Shown here in pieces: positions 14,589-25,447 of a stretch of 64,000 nucleotides of DNA. Both the position numbers and the translations under genes were made by a program. The DNA lies in the NCBI RefSeq assembly GCF_037042905.1, contig NC_087251.1, positions 22,694,001 to 22,758,000 on the forward strand, in the 5' to 3' direction. Each line of letters opens with the position of its first letter. Positions within the stretch are counted from its first letter, which is position 1. The notes under the pieces were generated by a model, which saw only the letters and a program-made list of their open reading frames with translations, was not told where the DNA came from and made no database searches. Source of the DNA: Lytechinus pictus (Eukaryota).

Positions 14589-15064
14589 GGTGGTTTCAAA
14601 CCGCCTCGATCACAAGAATCCCCGTTAAATTACGAGAACTTTTTTAGGCTGAAAAATACCCATTAATTATTCCTGCATTCACACCGCCCTGAAACATACC
14701 CTTCGGGATAAGTTCCTGAAGTTACGAGCATGCGCAGTATGGTCTGATAAGCAGCAAGGCGCGAAATTCAAAATCACTAGCCCAGCAGCAACCCATGCAC
14801 GGCGCCGCACCCAACGACACGCTGGGCTAAAAGTTCCCGTAATTTGCTTTCAGACCGCCAAAATACCCACGACCTTGAAAAAATCCCCGCGAAATTTCTC
14901 GTAATTTCGCCGAGTACCTACTATTTATCGGGTATTTTCTTTCGGGGATATTACGCGTAGTTTGCTTTCACACCGCCAAAATACCTGGTATTTTCTGATC
15001 GGGGTAAATTTCCCGATCAGAGAATACCTGGAACTGGCGAACTTCGAGGCGGTCTGAAACCACC
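14589..15064. mobile_element. MITE (Harbinger-like ends)
   Basis: GGTGGTTTCAAACCGCCTCGA / TCGAGGCGGTCTGAAACCACC TIRs with internal TTCA(C/G)ACCGCC repeats. Confidence 0.75.
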
Positions 15065-15748
15065 TACTGTCAGTCGTTGTGAGGTTGGGTAGGGACAACT
15101 GACGTTAGGCTTACTGTGGCAGCCCAACCACAAAGCATATTTTTTTAAACATCTGACAAAATCTGAGAGTTGATTGTATTTTGACCCCTTCATCTTCAGA
15201 ATATTACTATATTTTGAGAACCATTTTGTGATAGACTCTATTAGGTAAGTGGCATCACAAATATAAATTCTAATTGATAGAAACAAAGGGTTTAGATGTC
15301 CTTTTTTAATCTGCACGCTCGAATGTTGTGAGGTTCCGTCAAACCCAGAACCTATTACAAATGGACATTCAACAAGAGAATTTTATGGCCACCACCTGTT
15401 TTCTGCTGTCACAGAGTTAACTTTCACTTTACAATGTTTTATGACCTTGCCCGCAACATCCTTTCCGCTCTGTGAAATTGTTTTCGCACAATCGCACCGC
15501 AAACATCAAAATTGACATCAACTCTCTATTTGCTTTTCATTCATCAATATCAAAGAGCGCCATCTACGTCAACAAAATGTTGAAAGTGCCATATTTCATA
15601 GCTTTCTCGATATAATTCAAAGTAAACCACCGTTATAGCACACTGGCAAGCCATGGGTGTCGATTGGTAGCCTATTCATGGTTGGGGGATGTTTTGTTCT
15701 CTTGTGAGGGAATTTTGTTATTTTTCTATTTCTAGTCTAGTTTGGGCA

Positions 15749-16050
15749 GAGGTCAGTCGCGTAATGAGTCAGAAGTCTTAGGGCCAAGACATGACAAAAG
15801 GGCAAAATTTTGAAATTGTTGTGTGCAAGGGAAGCGAGCGAGCAAAAAATAGCCTTTTCAATACATAAATCAATTTGTTTTGACAGGTTTAAGACATATA
15901 TCATATCAAAATCCGTTGCAAATATTTTATCTATAAAATGTATTGAAAATTTAGCTCTCTCGCTTCCCTCGCTCACAGCATTTTAAAATTAATTTTGCCC
16001 TTTGTCATGTCTTGCATCTAAAACTTTAGACTCATTACGCCACTGACCTC
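15749..16050. mobile_element. MITE with long imperfect TIRs
   Basis: GAGGTCAGTCGCGTAATGAGTC..CAAGACATGACAAAAGGGCAAAATT is mirrored by AATTTTGCCCTTTGTCATGTCTTG..GACTCATTACGCCACTGACCTC. Confidence 0.7.
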
Positions 16051-16385
16051 CATCCAAACTAAAATTAAAAGATTAAAAAATCCCTCACAAGATACTTGTT
16101 GTAAATTGTAGTAGTAATCCCTTTGGCAGCTCATACAGAAGCTATACTGGGATGATGAATAAAGTGAGCCACTGGAAGGAGTGTCATGAAGTGCAGATAT
16201 GGTGATGGATAGACATACCAATATTGCATATGTACAGTAAAACATGCTACGCTGAGTGCAAGTAAAATCCAAGCTTCTGACTTTAAATCATATGGGATCC
16301 AACAGGGGGCTGCATCATTCTGATGGCAGGGAGAGCAGCCCTCTTGAAAGAGAAGAAAACAGCCCCCAAAAGGCCCAAGTTCCCA

Positions 16386-16978
16386 ACCTAGACCAAAAGC
16401 TTCGGTCTTTGCTATATTGGTTGTTCAGCTGAACTCCGTTGGCTCCACTCACCAATTACAGAGACCGAAGGTTAGTTCTAACTCGATCTGTACAGGGACT
16501 CAATGGCCATATGTATAAAGTTCTGATAAACCAGGGAAGTGGGAGTTGAGCGACAGCCGAAGTAAGTCAGTTTTTTGTTTCTTTTAAGTTTATATTTTTC
16601 CTGTTTTGGTGCATTTCAGGCCAAAACGGAATAATAATCTTTATTTTGGTCCAGTTCTTTTTATATATTTTTATGAAATAAAGAAAAAAAATTGATGAGC
16701 CCGGTCAGGAAGATTTTGCATTGTTAACCCCCTAATTGCGGCTGCATGATCGCGAGCCGTCTGTGTACGACTCGAGGAGAAATAAAAAATAAATATTGAA
16801 AAACTCCTCGAAACAGACGGCTGCCAGCTGTCTACCACTCTACCCCCAACCATGAATACAGATCGACACCGATGACTTGCCAGTGTGTAGATCTAGACCT
16901 AGACCAAAAGCTTCAGTCTCTGTATTTTGGTTGTTCCGCTGAACTACGTTGGCTCCACTCACCATACATAGACTGAAG
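16386..16978. repeat. Two direct copies of an ~85-bp hairpin-ended repeat (16386-16470, 16897-16978)
   Basis: ACCTAGACCAAAAGCTTC(G/A)GTCT...GTTGGCTCCACTCACCA...AGAC(C/T)GAAG occurs twice. Confidence 0.75.
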
Positions 16979-17120
16979 GGGATGGGGCCCCGTACCTACA
17001 GCCAACGTATAGTGAACTAGCGTTTTATAGATCGCGATTTAAAACTGTTTTTTAAGCAAAATTGAAAGTTTCATGGTTTCCATTATCAGGGAAATATAAA
17101 AAACTTAAGTAATTGCATAC

Positions 17121-17420
17121 CTTGGGCTGGAGTTATTGAAAAAAATCCTCTGGATGATTGAGAAATCTGTCATCTAAGACATTTTCACCTGACCTGACGG
17201 TTTTTCTTGCAAGTTGCCATCTTGAATGACGTCATTATCGTTATTAACTTAATGTCTCGAATCGATATATCGCGATTATAACTAGTACTAGTACTAGTAT
17301 AACTAGTATCGTTTATCTTCGGTTTCGTTCGCATATGGAGCAGATCGTATAATATCGAAAGCAATATCGATATCACATTCGTGATTGTTGACGTTCGTTC
17401 GTAAATATTTTATAGTTTGG
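17121..17420 (-). promoter_or_regulatory. Probable PHYH promoter / first exon
   Basis: CpG-rich stretch, TGACGTCA (CRE) near 17228, and a CAAG|GTATGC donor at 17120 on the minus strand. Confidence 0.4.
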
Positions 17421-18925
17421 CTGCCATTTTGACCATTTTTATCGTGTTCAACCCAATTAAACATCAGTAAAGTATATTTTTCATGCCTTTTTCATCTATA
17501 TCGTTTAAAGTATTAAAACATTGAAATATCAAGGTCTAAAAGTTTGTTGTTTATACATCCTTAGATTGTAAATTCGATGTGTAAAATTACATCAAACTTT
17601 GGACTGTGAATTGACAAAAGGGAGGGAATGAGAACACATGCGAGCCCACACGTACACCCTACCGTCGGTAAATGGGGATTACAGTAAAATGTCAGAAATT
17701 GTTGAATAAATCCCCAGAAACGACGGTTATTCCTGTCTAATCTAGACCTAACGTTAGAACCTATTTCTACTAAACATGCTAAACAGTGTTTTATGTACGT
17801 CGTTAGACTACTTTGAATTCTATCTAGATAATTAGAGTAGAGTAGTAGACTCTATATGAAATATGGCGCTTTCAATTTCATAGTTTCAAGATGCCTGATG
17901 AGTGATGCTCTTTATAATTATAGTTCAATATTGCATATTTGGTGAGCGAAAGCAAATCAGCGGGTCGACGTCAATTTAGACAGACGTCATGACAGAGCTA
18001 AAAGCTTACTAATTATACTAGTAGTAGTAATAATAACCTCGCAATACGTGTGTAAAATAAAAATAAATTGTCTAAAATTTAAAAAGCGTGTTGCAATTTG
18101 CTTTTCATGTTTTTAAAAACAGAACCAGGCACAGACAGAGCTATTGCCATTTTTCTTTTTCATGACTGAAACAGAAAAACAACAAATTGGAACGGAAATA
18201 AGAGCGTAAAAAATGGGGCTCCCCTCCGCGGCACATACCGTACCCACCAAGCATATACTGAGTGCCCCCCCCCCCCTCCCGGGCTAAGAGTCCGAAGTCA
18301 AGGCCTTGCGAATTAACGTTAATCGTCCATCCACGAGAACGAAATGTGATTGTGAACCATATTCAACAGTTCAAGTAGCCTTGACCGTAAAGACTCTATA
18401 CTATCATATTTGTCAATAATAACACTTCCACTGACTTACTAAACATGCTACAGGCAGTGATAAATGCCGATTAAAGATTTTCAGGCGTTTCAGAGTCCGC
18501 TCCTCCATCGAGTCCATGTTTGTGAAGACTGCACAGGAGCTTTTTAATACAGTTTTGATACGTACGTACGTATACCGCGCGCTGCGAACGTAATGTTATG
18601 GAAAGCCACCATTGCCATTTTACCTTATTTTCAAGCCTGTTGAATACGGTATGGGGGTGAATACCTAGCCTCTTGTCGAGGCCCTGTCGGCTGCTTTCCG
18701 AGCGAACATGGCACGGGAGAGAGCGAAGCAGAGGGAGCAGAGCGCCGCGAGACAGGGCCTCTTGACATCTGTGCCGAATTTCACCGACTTTCTTTTGGTT
18801 TTTGTTGTTTTTACCAATTCACCGACCAAAAACTGGTCGGTGAAAATCATCCAATGAGAGCGCGAGCTGCTATGACGTCATATTAAATATTCATGAGCTC
18901 CTCTTGAATGGCGACCCTTTGATTC

Positions 18926-19110
18926 TTGGCGAAGAGTGACGACGAAATATCAAAGAGCACTGAATATGCCTCTAAAACGCTGAATATTTACCGATTTAAG
19001 GATTTGCAAGTCGATGAAATTAACTCTGCAGTGAAAGGACGAGATGTCTTTGTAAATCTACCCACAGGATATGGAAAAAATGTAATATTTCATGCGATTC
19101 CACCGGTCGA
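18926..19110 (+). pseudogene. RecQ-like SF2 helicase N-terminal fragment (Q-like motif and Walker A) inside the Academ-like element
   Basis: GRDVFVNLPTGYGK matches RecQ motif I; the ORF ends shortly afterwards; homologous fragment on the minus strand at ~24975-25134. Confidence 0.8.
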
Positions 19111-19497
19111 TCCGGGGCGTCGATTATCGATCTCCGCTGTGCAGTGCAGTGAGGGAAGCTGGGGTGGAGTTGCTGGGAGTTGACTCGAGTCTGACCAGCG
19201 GCTGGGCAGTATCTCCCGGGAAGTTTCGGGGCGGTGATGGGTCTGTTACGGCCAGTAGTAATAGTAGTAGTAGTAGTACCACTACATTTTGCTGGTTATA
19301 TCCCCTTTAGTGTCCCGCAATTAAATGAATCCCCTGCAGAATAGTGGACTATTATATAGTAATTCCGAACCCAAGACGAAACAGCTCTGACATTTCATTG
19401 GTTTACTCGGTGACCGGTAATATCATGACTCATGTATATTCATTAGGACGACGTTCCTCATGAATATATAATTCAGTTCAGATGTCAAGAGGCCCCG

Positions 19498-22400
19498 GGG
19501 GCGAAATTATTTTTCCCACCGAGTTCTGGACCAACATATGAATATTCATGACTTGCGTCTTCGGTTTGAGAGTACGCATGCGCGTGGACTTGCGCCTCGA
19601 CCAGCTAGTGCCGGTCGTAAGCATTCACGTTGCTCAGAATGAATTAGCATCGTCAAATTACCGGTACCCTTAAGGACGTTGCACAGTTATGTTTGTGCGC
19701 ATTATGATCTGCGCATAGTTTACACTCTACGCGCTGACGTCACAATGGATGAACAGGTGATTAATTAGCTCTGGGTTTGAAGCTGATTTTTCTCATCTCC
19801 TGCACTTTAACTGCAGATCTGATGTGTTATTTCATGAAGCTAAAAATGGAATTATTCCATTAACCATTCAAAAAATAAATTCTCTACGATTTCAAAATAC
19901 TTTACTCTGCAGTGCTGCCAAGAATCACGAATATTACCCCGAGATCGAATAAATGATAGAGTGGTTTTGATTTTTTCTTCACATAGATACAAAGCATTCG
20001 GCGCATTTTTGGTGTTTTAAAAAGCACATTTGCTCTAATAAAAATGCTGATAGTTTAAAAACAAGCACATGAACCCCTATTTTTTAATGTTTGTATCTCT
20101 TAGGTATACCTTTCTCTACAACTCTGCAAATTTTTGTGAAAATGACATGGATTTTGAATAATGTGCAGCATTTATTGTACGTTAGTAGTTTGTTACTGAA
20201 ATTTTACATTTTTTAGATTGGGATTTTGTTATCTTTTACGCCATTTAAGAACTTACAGTGCTGTTAAGCTTAAAATTGCAAACAAATTGCACTATAAATA
20301 GATTCTCCATTCTAACGATACAATCTAAGCACTTTTTGTATTAATAAATGGGATATGTATGTAACTAAACAATTGATGCGAGCGCGAAGTGCGAGAGGAA
20401 GAAATTTGAGATTTTAGACCTTAAAGCAGGACACTCTATTCATTTTTGTAATCATAAATATGATATAGTTAATTGGTATCATTAATAATGCGATTGTAAA
20501 GCGTGAGCAGACATTCTTGATATTCTGATGTGAAACTGGATAATTTAAGTACATTTTAAATAAAGAACATGCAGGCTATCGCGCATGTTTTAGATTTAGA
20601 CCTAGAATCTGGGCATTCTGAATACATTTGTTTAATGGAACATTATGGAATACACGTAGACATTTTGAACTTGGCAAATCAAACAATGTGGCCACGCAGC
20701 ATGAGCTTAAAATATGTAGACCATAAAATGGACATTTTACAGAGCACTTAAATTTGTAAATAAAAAAAAATAATGAAAGCTCGAACGAAGTCCGAGCTAA
20801 AATATGTTTTTTATATTGATTTAAAAATTTGTTCCATATCAGCCTATTGAGCAAGATATGAATCTCATCGAACAGGCAATTCTGGCACAAAGCGCAAGCA
20901 TAGTAACATGAAATATTTTTTTTTCAAGTCTTCCCCTCACATTATTTCATTCACTCGCCTTCCTCCCCTTATTTTCCTCTTCTTTTGTTTTCTTCTGTCT
21001 TTATTCTTCTTTTCTTTTTTCTTTTCTTCTTTCCCCTTTTTTTGCTCTGCCAATTTTTTTTGTGGGGGGGGGGGGTGCACACCGATTCTCAGGGGGGCAC
21101 GTGCCCCCTGCACCCCCCGTAGCTACGCCACTGATGCACTGGCGTACCTAAGATTTTCCAAAAGGGGGGAAAATTTTTTGGAGGATATTTCTCAGTGGGG
21201 GGGGCACGTCCCCTGAATCAGTTGTGATTCGTCAGAGGGGCAGTCTGCCCCCCCCCCCTTGGTAAACTAGTGGTTCCATGCTGATACAGCGTAGATCAGA
21301 GTCTAGATCTAGAGACTAGACTCGAACTAAGATAATTTTTTTAGACCTAGGACTGGTTTTGTATACGGACTAGACAAACCATGGAAAATAAGCTAACATT
21401 TGTCTAAACCTAATTAAACGTAAAGTTCGGTATTAACCAGTTCGAATTTAACCATGGCATATTGGCATTAGTCGGCTATTCAGCGTTGTAGTCAAGGCTC
21501 AAACCTCCAAGGCCAAGGCTTCAATACCAAAGGCCACGGCGTGGAAACCCAAGGCCAAGGCCTGAAAACCTCACGGCCAAGGCATTTCAAATTTACGATA
21601 TACAGAACAATGAACTAACAATACTTAGGCGGCAGACAACACACATAGTAAAATGTATGTGAGCGAGGGGACTGAGCAAGAAAAAAATTAACCTTTGCAC
21701 ATTTAAAACAAAAATAATTTCATGATGGAGATATATTAAAATAATTATAGTTACCTGTGTACACATAATCCATAATTTTTCTAGGCGATTACATGTATTT
21801 TCAAAATGAGATTATGAACTGCGTGAAGTAATTGTGTGTTTTGTAGAAATTAAGTTGAACAAAGGCTTTCTAAAATGATTTTTAATTATGAGATATATAT
21901 TTTGATTTAGGTTTTGCTTCTCAGTGACAAAGCCTTGCGAGCAAGCGGTTTTGAAAAAAAAATCAATTCTGAAGTTGTAAAACTTGATTTATGGTCAATT
22001 ATGGGGCTAAGCATCCTTGCGCAATGTTGCCAGCGCAAACCACCAGCTAAAACTTCTTGACATGTCGTGTAATAAGACATGGAAATTAAATATTCTGAGC
22101 TGGTTTTGTAATCATGAAAAAGATGTCTATCTAACTAAAAAATAACTTTACGCTAGCTAAATTTTTTTGATATACTGACCAGTAAAGGAAGCAGTTAATT
22201 ACTGCATTTTAAATAGGATACATACTCACCAATAAAAATAATGCGAGCGCAAAACGCGAGCTCAAAAATTTGTGATATTCCAACCTGAAAACTGGACATT
22301 CTCAGCATTTTTTTTGTGAACGGAAAGAGAACGAGTACAATAATTGATGCGAGTGCAGGAAGCAAGCCAAAAATTTGTGATATTCCAACCATAAAGCAAC

Positions 22401-23203
22401 ATTTTATACATTTTTGTAACCATGAGCAGGATTAGTACTGCATGTACTAAACAATAATTGATGCAAGCACGATTCAAAATCTGTGATTTTCGAACCTAAA
22501 ATGTATTATGTTTTATTATTAAATAAGGTATATTTCCTTTAAAAAAAGGGCATATTTCATTTGAAAAAAAAAATCCTACAGGGAATTTTTATTTAGGGGG
22601 GGGGGGACAAGAGAGCACAAAGCGCAAGCTAAAATTTTCAAATGCTTAAACTGAAAATGAATCATTTTTAGGACTCTTGTCAGTTTTCATATTTTTTCTG
22701 CTTACAACCACTTTTATATTTTAATTCTCATTTCTTGTATCTTCTACACTTATTATACCTTAAAAAACAGAATAAAGAATACTAACAAAATAATAAAGTT
22801 ATATTCAAAAGGTTATAAAAGAAACAGGGCGCACCACATACCCTTAGTTAGGAGAGGGTAAATCTTAATTATTTTTTTAAGCAGTTAATCAATCATTAAT
22901 ACTTACTGATAATATTAATAATTATTAATTATACCATTATTATTTTTCTTATTAATTATTATTTCTTGAAACCATATTGACACAAAAACAAATACGTTGC
23001 TATATATATAGATCTAAGCCTGTGAGGCCTATGTAACCGGTAATTTGACGATGCTAATTCATTCTGAGCAACTAAACGTGAATGCTTACGACCGGCACTG
23101 GTCGAGGCAAAGTCCACGCGCATGCGTACTCTTAATCCGAAGACGCAATTCATGAATATTCATATGTTGGTCCAGAACTCGGTGGGAAAAATAATTTCGC
23201 GCC
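19498..23203. mobile_element. 3.7-kb non-coding TIR element (~170-bp TIRs, 3-bp CCG TSD)
   Basis: GG(G/C)GCGAAATTATTTTTCCCACCGAGTTCTGGACC...AATTACCGGT at 19498-19665 is mirrored at 23036-23203; CCG on both sides; the interior is fragments of other repeats. Confidence 0.8.
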
Positions 23204-23206
23204 CCG

Positions 23207-24235
23207 GGGCCCGTTTCTCAACACCTGGACAAGTTAGTCATATCTTTATCCACCAACCACGGAGTTAGTTCCAATCTTACTATACCTGTTTCACGAAAGG
23301 CTTCCTAACTAGAATACCTTGATATCGATACTATTGGTAAAAAGAGCAGACGAGACGTAGCCTTAGTCACAAAATAGCATAATTTTCAAAAAGAAAAATT
23401 ATGACAAAATTGCAAATATTGTGATAAATTGGGGAATACATCTTTTCAAAATAATAGCACAAGTAAATTATGCATCATACATACTTAGACAATGAAGATT
23501 GGAGCATTCAATTGCTGAGAAAATTAAATTATGAATAGTTTATTTCATGATTAGAAAATCACATGTGGACGTTGAGATGGGTACCCCCGTGACATCAAAT
23601 TTTACTAGTATACGAAAGTAAACCATAACGGTTTTCTTTTTAAAATGATGATAATTATACGCCCTTCTACGATTACAAACATCATCAAAATATAGTTTAA
23701 CAAAACCAAAAATAAATATTTGATACCGAAACATACGATTTGACAAATTATATGCATAAATTAGAGATAGAATTTATCCAAATGTTAATAGGGGTCTGAA
23801 AACAACAAATACGAATCCAGTTATGGATGGCCTGACGTGGTAGAATCTTTATCGATTAAATCATTGTACTATTTCAAAGTGAATGGTTTTGTGGCGTTTT
23901 ACCAAACAGTTTTTATAGTTTATTTGTATTAGAATTATCATTGAATGCATTATCCCACTTTTTTTGTGATGTAATTTCAACCTCTATGATTGATTACGTA
24001 AGATTATTATTTTCAAATTTCTAGGCACTTTTGCATGTCATAGTCTACCCACGTGATGCCACTACGTCATTGAGAAAGAAGTTATGACAGGTTCGGAGGT
24101 GTCATAAATATTTAGTGAGGTTGTTGTACCCGATCTTGGTAAAGAGGGCTTCGTGAAACGGTTAGCGGACAAGTAGCTCACTATCTCCGATTTAGTCAAG
24201 ATCTTAGACTTATGACGGTGTTGAGAAACGGGCCC
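23207..24235. mobile_element. 1-kb Harbinger-like MITE
   Basis: GGGCCCGTTTCTCAACACC / GGTGTTGAGAAACGGGCCC TIRs flanked by CCG / CTG; internal inverted GTTTCACGAA motifs. Confidence 0.8.
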
Positions 24236-25134
24236 CTGGCTCGCGCCAGGCCTAATTCGCTTCGCGAATTAGGAAAGCCCTCGCTTCGCTCGGGAAGCAG
24301 CCGCCAGGGCCTCGACAAGAGGCTAGTGAATACCGGCCATGATCGGACACGACGGACAGCGCTCTGCGGCCGATTTTCACCAAAAATTGTAGCCTCTCGT
24401 CGAGGCCCTGGCGGCTGCTTCCCGAGCGAAGCGAGGGATTTCCTAATTCGCTTCGCGAATTAGGCCTGGCACGAGCCAGGGCCTCTTGACATCTGATCTG
24501 AATTATTCATGAGGAACGTCATCCTAATGAATATACATGAGTTGTAATATCACCGGTCACTATAGTAAACCAATGAAATGTCAAAGCTGTTTCGTCCGGG
24601 GTTCGGAGTACTATAGTAGTCCACTATTCTGCAGGGGATTCAATTAATTGCGGGACACTAAAGGGGATATAACCAATGAAATGTCAAAGCTGTTTCGTCC
24701 GGGGTTCGGAGTACTATATAGTAGTCCACTATTCTGCAGGGGATTCAATTAATTGCGGGACACTAAAGGGGATATAACCAGCAAAATGCTACAAGCAGTG
24801 GTACTACTACTACTACTACTACTAGTACTGGCCGTAAAAGACTCATCACCGCCCCGAAACTTTCCGGGAGATACTGGTCAGCCGCTGGTCAGACTCGAGT
24901 CAAGGGGAAACAACTCTACTCCAGCATTCCCTCACTGCACCGCGGAGAACGATAATCGACACACAGTGGAATCGCATGAAAGATAACATTTTTTCCATAT
25001 CTAGCTGTGGGTAGATTTACAAAAACATCTCGTCCTTTCAGTGCAGATTTAATTTTATCGACTTGCAAATCCTTAAATCGGTCAATATTCAGCATTTTAG
25101 AGGCATATTCAATGCTCTTTGATGTTTCGTCGTC

Positions 25135-25286
25135 CGCCAAGGTGTTGATTATGAATGCATTGTCGCTACATTGTACAGCGCGCGGATATCCGTTTATCCG
25201 GCCTCTTGGCCGTGTTGTTAATAAAGCACACACTCCCACTCAATACTCCGTCTGGTAAATTATCTTTTATTTTATTAATACTGGCG
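25135..25286 (+). repeat. 5' LTR
   Basis: 152 bp, identical by eye to 29372-29523. Confidence 0.92.
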
Positions 25287-25302
25287 TGGTGGCAGCTTGT
25301 GG
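25287..25302 (+). promoter_or_regulatory. Primer-binding site, probably tRNA-Leu
   Basis: TGGTGGCAGC(TTGTGG) is complementary to the ...GCUGCCACCA 3' end of tRNA-Leu(AAG/UAG)-type tRNAs. Confidence 0.7.
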
Positions 25303-25447
25303 TCTGAACCTAAGGCCCTAAGGTGATCCTACCAACAGTCCGATAATTCTTACTCTAAACAAGGGGCCAGGCGCTCCGTTAGCCTAACGGTGATAGGTTT
25401 GAGTTCTTTTGCATTTTGAGTGTGTGTAGTCCCTTCAACGTATATTC

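Larger units (their letters stand above)
18666..24325 (+). mobile_element. Non-autonomous Academ(H)-like DNA transposon, copy 1 (~920 bp own sequence; RecQ helicase fragment; interrupted at 19498-24235)
   Basis: TAGCCTCTTGTCGAGGCCCTG / CAGGGCCTCGACAAGAGGCTA TIRs; perfect 9-bp TSD GTGAATACC (18657-18665 / 24326-24334); internal peptide FKDLQVDEINSAVKGRDVFVNLPTGYGKNVIF. Confidence 0.85.

Noticed and set aside
15290..15320. SVQIKKGHL as the PHYH PTS2
   Set aside because: Lacks the required Arg, and I found no in-frame ATG or compatible splice sites.
24916..25239. 107-aa RecQ-like ORF as a real gene
   Set aside because: Chimera of antisense LTR and the Academ helicase fragment; Walker A is disrupted (LPTARYGK).
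25143..25281. Canonical TG..CA LTR hidden inside the repeat
   Set aside because: Identity extends to CGCCA and TGGCG on both copies, the inner end is not CA, and the PBS and TSD abut the CG ends.
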